Source: a virus
Lineage: Duplodnaviria; Heunggongvirae; Uroviricota; Caudoviricetes
DNA length: 22,110 bases
Strand: one strand, 5' to 3'
Virus record (IMG/VR): IMGVR_UViG_2734482783_000015
Coordinates: 1-22,110 of that record
Each line of letters opens with the position of its first letter. Positions within the stretch are counted from its first letter, which is position 1. Under the pieces are notes generated by a model, which did no database searches, was not told the DNA's origin, and was given only the letters and a program-made list of their open reading frames with translations. A program made the position numbers and the translations under genes. Below are positions 1 to 8,333 of the stretch, one piece after another.

Positions 1-999
1 TCAATTATTTGCTAACGGGTTTAATTTAACTGCATCTTCCAAGTGGTCTGGGGCAAAGTGCGCATATCGCATGGTCATTTTTATATCCGTATGGCCGAGA
101 ACGCGCTGCAAGACCAAAATATTACCACCATTCATCATAAAGTGGCTGGCGAAGGTGTGGCGCAAAACGTGGGTAAGCTGTCCTGCCGGTAGTTCGATGC
201 CTGTTCTTTCCAGAGCTGACCGGAACGCGCCATAACAATCACTAAACAACCGGCCTTTTTTATTCTCAGGCAGAGACTCATAGAGTTCTTTGCTGATTGG
301 GACGGCGCGGTTTTTTCTGCCTTTCGTGTTGGTGTACGTGATTTTGTATTTCGCGAGCTGGCTTTTTCTCAGACTCTCAGCCTCAGACCACCGTGCACCA
401 GTGGCGAGACAGATTCTTACCACTGGTTCTAAATCAGGGTGGTCATGCCTTTTACACTCTCCGAGCAGTTGCGAAATCTGGTCGTGAGTTAGCCAGGCCA
501 TTTCCATTTCTTCTGTGCGGAATGGGCGCATATTTTTCAGCGGGTTCTCACCCTTCCATTCTCCGAGGCGATTTAGCTCATTGAATACCGCCCGGAAGAA
601 GGCCAGCTCAAGATTAAGCGTGCGAGGCGATACCTCTTTCACTCTGTTTGAACGGGCATACTCACCTTTTAACCGTTTTTCTCGGTAGCGGGAAAACATC
701 TGCGCATCGAAATCGCGTGCGAGTGGTTCACCCATACACTCAAAGGCATGGTGCATGGCTAACTGGCGTTTCAGGCCGTCTTTCAGTGTAATGCCATGAG
801 CGCTATACCATGAATCAACCAGCTCTTTTAACGTGCGCCTGTCTTCCTTTTCTTCCTGCCACGGGTTTTGAACAGTATATTGCTCAAACGCCAGAGCTTC
901 GCCCTTAGTAGCGAATTTCTTTCTGATTCGTTTGCCTTTTGCGCCGTTTGGGTAGAGTTCACAAATCCAACCGCCAGCCGGATTTTTACGCACGGTCAT
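1..999 (-). CDS. int: Tyrosine site-specific integrase (P2/186 Int family)
   Basis: 332-aa ORF with the C-terminal catalytic-region signature of tyrosine recombinases (…HVLRHTFASHF…LGHTDIKMTMRYAHF…). Its ATG overlaps the cI stop by 1 nt, as in 186 where cI and int are co-transcribed. Stop codon at window positions 1-3. Confidence 0.92.
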   Translation of the reverse strand: MTVRKNPAGGWICELYPNGAKGKRIRKKFATKGEALAFEQYTVQNPWQEEKEDRRTLKELVDSWYSAHGITLKDGLKRQLAMHHAFECMGEPLARDFDAQMFSRYREKRLKGEYARSNRVKEVSPRTLNLELAFFRAVFNELNRLGEWKGENPLKNMRPFRTEEMEMAWLTHDQISQLLGECKRHDHPDLEPVVRICLATGARWSEAESLRKSQLAKYKITYTNTKGRKNRAVPISKELYESLPENKKGRLFSDCYGAFRSALERTGIELPAGQLTHVLRHTFASHFMMNGGNILVLQRVLGHTDIKMTMRYAHFAPDHLEDAVKLNPLANN

Positions 1000-1574
1000 T
1001 AGTTAACCTCGCTGTATACACCCATCACGCGACCTAATGCTTTAATGTCATCAAATCCACATTCAAAGGGAACTTTGCCCCCTGCTACATGTAGTTTTCT
1101 GCCAGGCAATTTTGTTAATTCTCGAATGCTAATTGCACCTTCAATATCAACGAGCCATTCTCCATCTGAAAGGGATGCGTCTCGTTCGATGAAATGGAGT
1201 TTTCCGTCAGCGTAGACGGCAATTGGATTCGTAAGCGGCTTGCTAAAGAACTTGCCAGCAATACTCAAATCGCCATCACTAACCAGGGATTCTTCACTTA
1301 ATGTGAATTTCTCCACATTTTGGGTATCGTTATTCATGTTGCCGGTTGTAGGTGACCCTTTGCCGGTGAGTAGCCAAGCGAGATTTGCGCCAGTTTCTAG
1401 GGCGCAATGCACAATAAAGTCATAAGAAATGGAATCGCGACTGTACCTATTAGCAAGAGAGCTTGATGCAATTTCGAAGTGTCTAGCTAATTGAATTTTC
1501 TGAGAAAATCCGTAAGCCTCGCAAATCCTATCCAGCACTTCTTCATTGTTTAAACCAAGACCTTCAATTCTCAT
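999..1574 (-). CDS. cI: Immunity repressor CI (186-type)
   Basis: 191-aa ORF upstream of and translationally coupled to int, divergent from apl. The translation closely matches my recollection of coliphage 186 CI (N-terminal HTH region …DRICEAYGFSQKIQLA…, C-terminus …KLPGRKLHVAGGKVPFECG…). Confidence 0.87.
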   Translation of the reverse strand: MRIEGLGLNNEEVLDRICEAYGFSQKIQLARHFEIASSSLANRYSRDSISYDFIVHCALETGANLAWLLTGKGSPTTGNMNNDTQNVEKFTLSEESLVSDGDLSIAGKFFSKPLTNPIAVYADGKLHFIERDASLSDGEWLVDIEGAISIRELTKLPGRKLHVAGGKVPFECGFDDIKALGRVMGVYSEVN

Positions 1575-1703
1575 GTAGCTTTAACCTATTTACAAACCCC
1601 ATTTTGGGAGTTATGTTAAGCCTAAACCTAGGCAATTAATGGCGAACGTTGGCAAACAGATGGCTATTAATTGCAATCTTTAGTAAAAGGGGAATCATGC
1701 AAC
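1575..1703. promoter_or_regulatory. Lysis/lysogeny switch region between divergent cI and apl (pR/pL-type promoters and operators expected)
   Basis: 129-bp AT-rich intergenic region between divergently oriented cI and apl. Contains inverted repeats GCCTA-N4-TAGGC (approx. 1622-1635) and the palindrome ATTGCAAT (approx. 1669-1676). Exact promoter hexamers not resolved. Confidence 0.6.
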
Positions 1704-1967
1704 ATGGCTTCTGAAATCGCAATCATCAAAGTTCCTGCACCAATCGTTACTTTGCAACAATTCGCAGAGCTTGAGGGTGTTTCTGAACGTACCGCCTACC
1801 GCTGGACAACCGGCGATAACCCTTGTGTACCAATCGAACCACGCACCATCCGTAAAGGCTGCAAGAAAGCAGGTGGCCCGATTCGCATTTATTACGCACG
1901 CTGGAAAGAAGAACAGTTGCGTAAGGCGTTGGGTCATTCCCGTTTTCAACTCGTCATCGGCGCTTAA
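1704..1967 (+). CDS. apl: Apl-like excisionase / switch regulator (186 Apl family)
   Basis: First gene of the rightward early operon. I chose the in-frame ATG at 1704 (MASEIAIIK…), 10 nt downstream of AAAGGGGAA, over the TTG at 1671 reported by the ORF track; this gives 87 aa, the size I recall for 186 Apl. Helix-turn-helix-like segment (TLQQFAELEGVSERTAYRW). Confidence 0.75.
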   Translation: MASEIAIIKVPAPIVTLQQFAELEGVSERTAYRWTTGDNPCVPIEPRTIRKGCKKAGGPIRIYYARWKEEQLRKALGHSRFQLVIGA

Positions 1968-1997
1968 TTCACTTTATGTGAATTGTAAGGATGCAAC

Positions 1998-2507
1998 ATG
2001 TTTGATTTTCAAGTTTCCAAACATCCCCACTATGACGAAGCATGCCGGGCTTTTGCGCAGCGTCACAACATGGCGAAGCTGGCCGAGCGAGCGGGTATGA
2101 ACGTTCAAACGTTACGTAACAAGCTCAACCCGGAACAGCCTCACCAGTTCACGCCGCCTGAATTGTGGCTGCTGACTGACCTGACCGAAGACTCAACCCT
2201 CGTTGATGGTTTTCTGGCGCAGATTCATTGCCTGCCATGCGTGCCGGTTAATGAGCTGGCTAAAGACAAATTACAGTCTTACGTCATGCGCGCAATGCGT
2301 GAACTCGGCGAGCTTGCGAGCGGTGCGGTATCTGATGAACGCCTAACCTCTGCCCGTAAGCACAACATGATTGAAAGCGTTAACGCTGGTATTCGCATGT
2401 TGTCGTTGTCGGCGCTGGCGTTGCATGCGCGTCTGCAGACTAATCCCGCTATGTCGAGCGTGGTCGATACCATGAGCGGTATTGGCGCATCGTTCGGGCT
2501 GATTTGA
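1998..2507 (+). CDS. cII: CII-like lysogeny establishment activator (186 CII family)
   Basis: 169-aa ORF immediately after apl with an AAGGA RBS. N-terminus MFDFQVSKHPHYDEACRAFAQRHNMAKLAERAGMNVQTLRNKL (HTH) matches my recollection of 186 CII in sequence and length. Confidence 0.85.
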   Translation: MFDFQVSKHPHYDEACRAFAQRHNMAKLAERAGMNVQTLRNKLNPEQPHQFTPPELWLLTDLTEDSTLVDGFLAQIHCLPCVPVNELAKDKLQSYVMRAMRELGELASGAVSDERLTSARKHNMIESVNAGIRMLSLSALALHARLQTNPAMSSVVDTMSGIGASFGLI

Positions 2508-2508
2508 G

Positions 2509-2715
2509 GTGCGTATGCTGAAAAGTGAACCGTCATTCGCGTCTCTGCTCGTTAAGCAAAGCCCCGGCATGCACTACGGCCACGGCTGGATCGCAGGTAA
2601 GGACGGCAAGTTCTGGCACCCGAGTCGCTCACAGGCTGATTTACTGGCTGGCCTCTCTACTCAAAAGCAGGGGGAATCATGGCTATCGAAGCTGTTTCCG
2701 CAACTGTTCCGCTAA
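2509..2715 (+). CDS. Small early protein, possibly Fil-like (phage filamentation protein)
   Basis: 66-68-aa ORF directly after cII, the position of fil in 186. Start is either GTG 2509 or ATG 2515 (GAGG 5 nt upstream of the latter). Assignment is by position and size only. Confidence 0.45.
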   Translation: MRMLKSEPSFASLLVKQSPGMHYGHGWIAGKDGKFWHPSRSQADLLAGLSTQKQGESWLSKLFPQLFR

Positions 2716-3017
2716 AAGCGGGTGAACGTCTGGCCGGTCTCAACCATGTGGCTGAATTGCGCGCGAGATATTGGGGCGATAGCTGGAAAGAGGTTGAGCG
2801 CTTTGTCGATGATATGCGCGATAAACGTGACCCACAATTTGAAGAAAATAATCGGGCGCTGGCCGCTATTTTCTTTCTGGCAAAAATACCGGCGGCTCGT
2901 CATGAGCTCGAATTAAATGAGCTGACTACTGACGAGAAAAAAGCGCTTATTACAGCGATGAATCATTTTCGTGCAGTGGTGAGTTTATTTCCCAAACGGC
3001 TAACCATGCCGAATTAA
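2679..3017 (+). CDS. Hypothetical early-operon protein (position of 186 dhr; identity not confirmed)
   Basis: 112-aa ORF with a GGGGGAA RBS before ATG 2679; overlaps the 3' end of the preceding ORF by 37 nt in another frame. No recognisable motif. Confidence 0.55.
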   Translation: MAIEAVSATVPLKAGERLAGLNHVAELRARYWGDSWKEVERFVDDMRDKRDPQFEENNRALAAIFFLAKIPAARHELELNELTTDEKKALITAMNHFRAVVSLFPKRLTMPN

Positions 3018-3085
3018 TACACGAATTTTATTAACTGACGTCAACCCGTCGGGCTTCCCATTGCCCGAATTCAGGAGAAAGCACT

Positions 3086-3313
3086 ATGCAAAATGTCGAA
3101 ACCCGTCATTTCAAAGTCGATAAAGACGCGCTGGCCATGTTGCTGGAAGAGGCCAAATCTGAAGAGCGTAAAGGTCGCGCACTGGCTATATCAATCCGCC
3201 TTGAGGCACTTGCTACCTATATCACTAACAAAGGTTTAAGCGCTATCGAAGCGGCCGAGCTGTTGCACCGCGAAGCCATCCGCTATGAAAACGAATCTCA
3301 GGAGCTGCACTAA
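3086..3313 (+). CDS. Hypothetical small early protein
   Basis: 75-aa ORF with an AGGAGA RBS; its stop overlaps the next start (TAATG), indicating translational coupling. Predicted helical and charged. Confidence 0.6.
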   Translation: MQNVETRHFKVDKDALAMLLEEAKSEERKGRALAISIRLEALATYITNKGLSAIEAAELLHREAIRYENESQELH

Positions 3314-3534
3314 TGGCCGACGCAATGGATATCGCACAACAGCGCGAACAGGCAGAACGCGAGCGACTCATCAATAACGCGCGTAGCCGTATCGCTGCGC
3401 CGTCTCGTTTTACCTGCGAGGTATGTGACACACCAATCCCGGAAGCTCGCCGCATTGCGATTCCGGGAGTGGCCTTTTGTGTAACCTGCCAGCAAATCGC
3501 CGAGCTCAAATCCAAACATTACCGGGGGGTATAA
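3313..3534 (+). CDS. TraR/DksA-family C4 zinc-finger protein
   Basis: 73-aa ORF with a C-x2-C…C-x2-C arrangement (CEVCDTPIPEARRIAIPGVAFCVTCQ), typical of the small TraR/DksA-like proteins in P2-family early operons. Confidence 0.75.
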   Translation: MADAMDIAQQREQAERERLINNARSRIAAPSRFTCEVCDTPIPEARRIAIPGVAFCVTCQQIAELKSKHYRGV

Positions 3535-3816
3535 ATGGGTATTCGCATCGAAGTTGGCGACAAATGGGTTATTACCAGCGACCAATATCAATTCATCCTG
3601 AATGAAAAGAAAGTCGTTAAGTCCGGTAAAAAAGCTGGTGAAGAATGGCTCGACACTATCGGCTATTATCCGAAGATTAACCAGCTTATTTCCGGCCTGA
3701 TACACAATCAGATTCATGGCTCGGATATTACTGCCATTGATGCTATGGCAGTAGAAATTGAGCGGGTAGGGCAACTATGCATAGCAGCCATTCAAGGGGC
3801 TAGCGTTGATGCATAG
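3535..3816 (+). CDS. Hypothetical early protein
   Basis: 93-aa ORF immediately following the zinc-finger gene; its end overlaps the gene A start region. No motif recognised. Confidence 0.55.
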   Translation: MGIRIEVGDKWVITSDQYQFILNEKKVVKSGKKAGEEWLDTIGYYPKINQLISGLIHNQIHGSDITAIDAMAVEIERVGQLCIAAIQGASVDA

Positions 3817-6055
3817 CTCTATGGTTGCTTATGCTTATCCGTGGAATGCTCCACGGTCGGCAATAGCCAGCCCATATCTCACCTACGACCAACAGTATCG
3901 CCGCGACCGTATGTTCGCGGCTTTGCTGCATGCGAGAAAGGTGCTTTCTCTCCAGCCTGAGTGCGTGCGTTTTGACGTTTATCGCACCGCTGCAGTGCTG
4001 GAGCAAAATCAGGGCAGTCAACGAGCCAATGCCTTTTTAATCAGCTTCTGCAAAAAGGCATTGCCGCGTCTTGAACTGGTCGTAAAAAAATATGAGTGTG
4101 TAGGTATCAACAGCAACGTATCAGCCGCTGTTTTTGGCGGTCTTTTTGATACCCAGCTTATGCAATATCTTGCGTCACGCATGGTTAATATGGTTGCCAG
4201 ATATAACCGCCTCCCGGATATGTCGCGCGCCGATATTGACCTGCTGGCCTCTGATATCGCTAATTTCATTCGCGCTGAACTGGCTGACATTGATGACACC
4301 GGATTTAGCGAGCTTAAAACGCTGTACACCTGGTACATGCGAGCCGGTTTCATTTCCCTGCAATTCAACGTTACCCCGCCGCATTGGGAGAGGGTGACAA
4401 AGAAATATGTTGGTGAGGATGAAATAGCCCCTGCAATCACTCGCATGTTTAATGAGGTTTGGTGGCGTGGCCGATTACGACGCATTGCGGCTGCATGGCG
4501 CGAACACCTGCACATTGCCGTTGGCAACGTCAGCAAGAAAAAGCATGCTTACGCGAGTAAAAACTGCGTGACCGACTGGCGCGAGCAGAAGCGCCGCACG
4601 CGTGAATTTCTCAAGGGGCTGGATCTCGAAGACGAAGACGGCAACCGCATCAGCCTGATTGAAAAATACGATGGATCGGTCGCTAACCCTGCGATACGTC
4701 GCTGCGAGCTGATGACCCGCATCCGTGGGTTTGAAAATATCTGCAATGAGCTCGGTTATGTCGGTGAGTTTTATACCCTGACTGCGCCGTCAAAATATCA
4801 CGCCACAACTAAGGCGGGTTACCGTAACACCAAATGGAAAGGAGCCAGCCCGTCGGACACGCAAAGTTATCTCACCGGCCTTTGGGCGCGCATTCGTGCC
4901 AAACTACATCGGGAAGAAATCCGCATTTTCGGCATCCGTGTTGCCGAACCTCATCACGACGGAACGCCACACTGGCACATGCTTATGTTCATGTTGCCGG
5001 AAGACGTCGAGCGCGTGCGCCTCATCATCCGTGATTATGCGTGGGAGGAAGACCTCCACGAACTGAGAAGCGATAAAGCCAAAAAAGCGCGCTTTCATGC
5101 CGAGGCCATTGACCCGGAAAAAGGCAGCGCTACCGGCTATGTTGCTAAATACATTTCGAAAAATATCGACGGCTATGCTCTTGATGGTGAAACCGATGAC
5201 GAAAGCGGTGAGCTGCTGAAAGAGACAGCCCCCGCTGTATCAGCATGGGCGGCGCGCTGGCACATCCGTCAATTCCAGTTTATCGGCGGTGCGCCGGTGA
5301 CGGTCTACCGTGAATTGCGTCGTCTCGCCGATACCGAGACCGCGCACGGTCTGAGCGTTGAATTTGCCGCCGTCCATGATGCCGCTGACGCCGGTGACTG
5401 GGCTGGTTACGTTAATGCGCAGGGTGGCCCGTTTGTCCGTCGCGATGATTTGCAGGTGCGCACGCTTTATGAACCGCGCGCCGAGTTTAACCTGTATGGT
5501 GAGGAAACCGTCTGCATCCGTGGCGTGTACGATTCTGCTGTCGGTGCTGGTACCCCGATTTTAACCCGGCTAACGCAGTGGAAAATTGTACCGAAGCGTG
5601 CCGTTGATTTGGCCGTTGACGTTAAGGGCGCTCCTGCGCCCTCTCGGAGTTCTGTCAATAACTGTACGGGAAGCGAAAGCGATCCACCGGAACTCGATTT
5701 ATCAAAACCCCTGAATCGACGTGAAAAGCGAGAGTTAACAAACCGAATCAGGAAGCAAAAGCCAGCAATGCGGCGAAAATTCATCCACGGAACGGATGAA
5801 CAAAATGCAGCTATAGCGAAAACTATTGGCGAGATACATCTGACAACCGGCATAAATATCAGCCGGGGTGAAGCCCTGCACCTGATGGCAGGTGGTAAAA
5901 GTTGCTTTGACGGTAAATGGTTGCGAGGAACGGCCACAGGAGAAATATTTACCACGGCGCCATCACATCAGGCGAAAGTTAAGGCGTATCGGACCAAAGC
6001 TACAGAAATCCTCAATCGTGTTGCGGTTTTAGCGGAGCTAGCAACGGAAATATAA
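3809..6055 (+). CDS. A: Rolling-circle replication initiator endonuclease (P2 gpA family)
   Basis: ~748-aa ORF (ATG 3809, AAGGGG 9 nt upstream). Contains an HUH-type motif (HDGTPHWHMLMF) and a downstream tyrosine motif (YVAKYISKNIDGY), as in P2 A. Last gene of the early operon, as in P2/186. Confidence 0.92.
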   Translation: MHSSMVAYAYPWNAPRSAIASPYLTYDQQYRRDRMFAALLHARKVLSLQPECVRFDVYRTAAVLEQNQGSQRANAFLISFCKKALPRLELVVKKYECVGINSNVSAAVFGGLFDTQLMQYLASRMVNMVARYNRLPDMSRADIDLLASDIANFIRAELADIDDTGFSELKTLYTWYMRAGFISLQFNVTPPHWERVTKKYVGEDEIAPAITRMFNEVWWRGRLRRIAAAWREHLHIAVGNVSKKKHAYASKNCVTDWREQKRRTREFLKGLDLEDEDGNRISLIEKYDGSVANPAIRRCELMTRIRGFENICNELGYVGEFYTLTAPSKYHATTKAGYRNTKWKGASPSDTQSYLTGLWARIRAKLHREEIRIFGIRVAEPHHDGTPHWHMLMFMLPEDVERVRLIIRDYAWEEDLHELRSDKAKKARFHAEAIDPEKGSATGYVAKYISKNIDGYALDGETDDESGELLKETAPAVSAWAARWHIRQFQFIGGAPVTVYRELRRLADTETAHGLSVEFAAVHDAADAGDWAGYVNAQGGPFVRRDDLQVRTLYEPRAEFNLYGEETVCIRGVYDSAVGAGTPILTRLTQWKIVPKRAVDLAVDVKGAPAPSRSSVNNCTGSESDPPELDLSKPLNRREKRELTNRIRKQKPAMRRKFIHGTDEQNAAIAKTIGEIHLTTGINISRGEALHLMAGGKSCFDGKWLRGTATGEIFTTAPSHQAKVKAYRTKATEILNRVAVLAELATEI

Positions 6056-6135
6056 GCGTTAATACTCATCCATATCATGTACATACAGTGTATTTGCAAC
6101 TTTTTTTTCTTCACATTTTTTATCAATGCGTGCTA

Positions 6136-6151
6136 CTGTGTATTTATACAG
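6136..6151. promoter_or_regulatory. LexA operator (SOS box) controlling the tum promoter
   Basis: CTGTGTATTTATACAG is a perfect CTGT-N8-ACAG match with an AT-rich spacer, lying 21 bp upstream of the proposed tum start. Consistent with the LexA-repressed p95 promoter of 186. Confidence 0.8.
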
Positions 6152-6171
6152 TATCTCGTAGTGGAGGTTGT

Positions 6172-6612
6172 GTGGATAGAGAGCTAAATGAGCACGTTAT
6201 GATTGAGCGGGTCGAAATGATTGCGCGTCTGACGGCTGAAGGGACTTGTCAGGAAAGAGACCGTGAAATCGCATTGAATTTAATTGCGGAGATAGCAAGA
6301 GGCAACTTAATGAAAAACAATAATTTTTCTGTTGTTTTTTCCGCGCAGCCTGTTGATGAAACCTTTGCGAAGGAGTGCAAGGTGAGGGTAAATATCACAT
6401 TAGATAAAGACCAAATAGTCGGCCAGCCGGTGATTGATGCTTTTCAGAGTGAATTGACCAAGCGAATACAGTCAGTTTTTCCGGCAACTCGCGTTAACGT
6501 CAAGAAAGGTTCTATGACTGGTGTTGAGTTGATGGGGTTCGATAAAGATTCAGACCGCGAAGCGCTGGACGCTATTCTTCAGGAAGTTTGGGAAGATGAG
6601 AGCTGGCGGTAG
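6172..6612 (+). CDS. tum: Tum-like SOS-inducible antirepressor with DinI-like C-terminal domain
   Basis: I chose GTG 6172 (GGAGG at 6163-6167), giving 146 aa, the length I recall for 186 Tum; ATG 6199 is an alternative. The ATG 6088 start in the ORF track lies upstream of the LexA box and is rejected. The C-terminal ~80 aa (…KVRVNITLDKDQ…LTKRIQSVFP…ILQEVWEDESW) resembles DinI. Confidence 0.8.
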   Translation: MDRELNEHVMIERVEMIARLTAEGTCQERDREIALNLIAEIARGNLMKNNNFSVVFSAQPVDETFAKECKVRVNITLDKDQIVGQPVIDAFQSELTKRIQSVFPATRVNVKKGSMTGVELMGFDKDSDREALDAILQEVWEDESWR

Positions 6613-6634
6613 CTCCTCAAAAAAGTGCCAATAT

Positions 6635-6668
6635 CAACCTCATGTTTGGTAGCATGGGGTTGTTTTTT
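6635..6668 (+). terminator. Rho-independent terminator after tum
   Basis: CAACCTCATG / CATGGGGTTG stem (10 bp, one mismatch), 8-nt loop, then TTTTTT; starts 22 nt after the tum stop. Confidence 0.6.
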
Positions 6669-6691
6669 ATGGAATTACGTAAAGGAAAATC

Positions 6692-7423
6692 ATGGATACC
6701 GTAATAGCATTTTTATCTCTGGCTCTTTTTATTGCTTTTATCATTGGTCTTATCAAGCCGTCGCTGGTTAGAATGCCGAATCGTAAGCGCTCAAGCGCGG
6801 TTTACCTCGGTGGCTGTCTGGCGTTGGGCGTTATTGGCTCAATCTTATGGCCGACTGAAAAGAGTCAGCCTGTAGCGAAAAATGATGTACCGATGGTTAA
6901 AGCGGAACCGGCTACGCCAACGTTTGAGTACGCAGATAAAACCCTCAAAGAATATCGCGACGAGCTAAAAGAAACCCGGCACGAAATCGTTAAGGATTAT
7001 GTCGGTTTCAAAAGTGTACCGGTCAGCTATGTTGATGCTTTTTATGCCTGTTTGAGTGAGTACACTTTTACTAAAGATGATGCGTTAAAGCTCGATGATG
7101 TGTTGGGGTGGTGTTTCAACGACTTCGAGAAGGATCCACAATCTCTAAATAATAAAATCAACCTTGATACCTTTCAGGATAACTTTAGCGGTTGGGATGG
7201 TTCTTATCGCCCGTTAGAGAAGCTGATAAAAGCCAGCATGAATGATGATTCCTCGTATAAACATGTTTCAACGGTCTACCATCTGATTTTGAATAAAGAC
7301 CCGCATGCCGTTGTAAAAACAACGTTTCGCGGCACTAATGCTTATGGTGGAGTGGTAAAACAGACCGTAGCGGCACGCGTAAACGTGCGAACGGGTGAGG
7401 TCGATTCGATACTAGACAATTAA
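6692..7423 (+). CDS. Hypothetical membrane-anchored protein (cargo gene 1 in the tin/old-equivalent slot)
   Basis: 243-aa ORF with an AAAGGAAAA RBS. Two N-terminal hydrophobic segments (VIAFLSLALFIAFIIGLI; VYLGGCLALGVIGSILW) followed by a ~180-aa soluble domain with no recognisable motif. Lower GC than the phage backbone. Confidence 0.65.
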   Translation: MDTVIAFLSLALFIAFIIGLIKPSLVRMPNRKRSSAVYLGGCLALGVIGSILWPTEKSQPVAKNDVPMVKAEPATPTFEYADKTLKEYRDELKETRHEIVKDYVGFKSVPVSYVDAFYACLSEYTFTKDDALKLDDVLGWCFNDFEKDPQSLNNKINLDTFQDNFSGWDGSYRPLEKLIKASMNDDSSYKHVSTVYHLILNKDPHAVVKTTFRGTNAYGGVVKQTVAARVNVRTGEVDSILDN

Positions 7424-7528
7424 ACAATATAGTGACAAACGCCGCCGGTGCTGAAATTTTCAGTGCTGACGGGGTAGAACAATGAGCATCGCGAGGCGTT
7501 AGATTAAAAATCATTTGAGGCAGATAAA

Positions 7529-8191
7529 ATGCTTTGGAAAATAATATCTTTTTTACTGGTAGGTATTTGTATATTTGTTTTTGGTTTATGGCTAGGCTCT
7601 ATTCAGGCTGAATGGGCGAAACCAGAGCATAAAGATGCTGTTGCTTACTTAGCTATGATTGGAGGGTGGGTCTCAGGGATTGCAACATCAGTCGCAGTAA
7701 TTATTTCATTGTATGCAACATACCAAGCATCACAGAATAATATTGAAAAATTAAGCTTGACCTATGAACCATACCCAAGCAATGACCCTGACTTATTCTG
7801 TGCAAATATTAAAGTAAAAAATTTGCGCCCTGTTGCTGCGCATATACAAGAATTTTGCTTAGAAATTAGTGGGTTGGATGGGCAGATTAATATAAATAAA
7901 CTTAAGGCTGGCGGACTGCCAGTTAAACATGCTTTGTATCAATTAGGTGAGGTATGGGAGTTCGCATTCTATCCCCACTCAACTCATTCAAATCTAAGGT
8001 TTTATGTGGACATGAAATTGAGAGGAGAGCCAACCTTTAAAAAGGGTTTTTTTGTTGTTAAAACAACAATGAAACAGTACCGACTCAAGATGCCTAAAGA
8101 CCTTCTGGATATAATGAAAGAAAGCTATGAAAAACAAATAAAAATACCGGAAGTGTACAAGCAATATACTGGTAAAGAAATGGAACTATAA
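7529..8191 (+). CDS. Hypothetical membrane protein (cargo gene 2 in the tin/old-equivalent slot)
   Basis: 220-aa ORF with GAGG 8 nt upstream. Two N-terminal hydrophobic helices (IISFLLVGICIFVFGLWLGSI; AYLAMIGGWVSGIATSVAVIISLY) followed by a ~150-aa soluble domain. Strongly AT-rich with lysine/asparagine-rich codon usage, unlike the flanking phage genes. Confidence 0.65.
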   Translation: MLWKIISFLLVGICIFVFGLWLGSIQAEWAKPEHKDAVAYLAMIGGWVSGIATSVAVIISLYATYQASQNNIEKLSLTYEPYPSNDPDLFCANIKVKNLRPVAAHIQEFCLEISGLDGQININKLKAGGLPVKHALYQLGEVWEFAFYPHSTHSNLRFYVDMKLRGEPTFKKGFFVVKTTMKQYRLKMPKDLLDIMKESYEKQIKIPEVYKQYTGKEMEL

Positions 8192-8314
8192 CGTGTATTT
8201 ATAAGCATCAATTTGCATGCGGTTCTCTGGCTTTTTTCCTGTGCGCATCGTCAGTGCTGGCGCGGATCCAGAGTGGTCATGCAACTGCATTAAAACCGAC
8301 CCATAAAGCGGGCA

Positions 8315-8333
8315 GGCGTGGCGGGGATAGCAT
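8315..8333. other. Probable cos cohesive-end site
   Basis: GGCGTGGCGGGGATAGCAT differs at one position from the 19-nt cohesive end I recall for 186 (GGCGTGGCGGGGAAAGCAT; P2: GGCGAGGCGGGGAAAGCAC). It sits in a G-tract-rich non-coding stretch just past the portal gene stop, the family's expected position. Confidence 0.55.

Noticed and set aside
290-584. Short plus-strand ORFs (65 and 63 aa) inside the integrase gene
   Set aside because: Antisense to a full-length, well-supported integrase, with no RBS and no conservation argument.
4018-5955. Minus-strand ORFs of 172 aa and 162 aa inside replication gene A
   Set aside because: Antisense shadow frames within a conserved, motif-bearing gene; compositionally biased translations.
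6088-6171. N-terminal extension of the tum ORF from ATG 6088 (174-aa version)
   Set aside because: This start lies upstream of the LexA operator and likely promoter. The extension is a Phe/Leu/Cys-rich translation of AT-rich promoter DNA. GTG 6172 with a GGAGG RBS gives the 146 aa I recall for 186 Tum.
7424-7528. Near-palindromic segment (GCTGAAATTTTCAG, approx. 7460-7473) between the two cargo genes as a possible terminator
   Set aside because: Short stem with a minimal loop and no downstream T-run; more likely incidental. The two cargo genes are probably co-transcribed.
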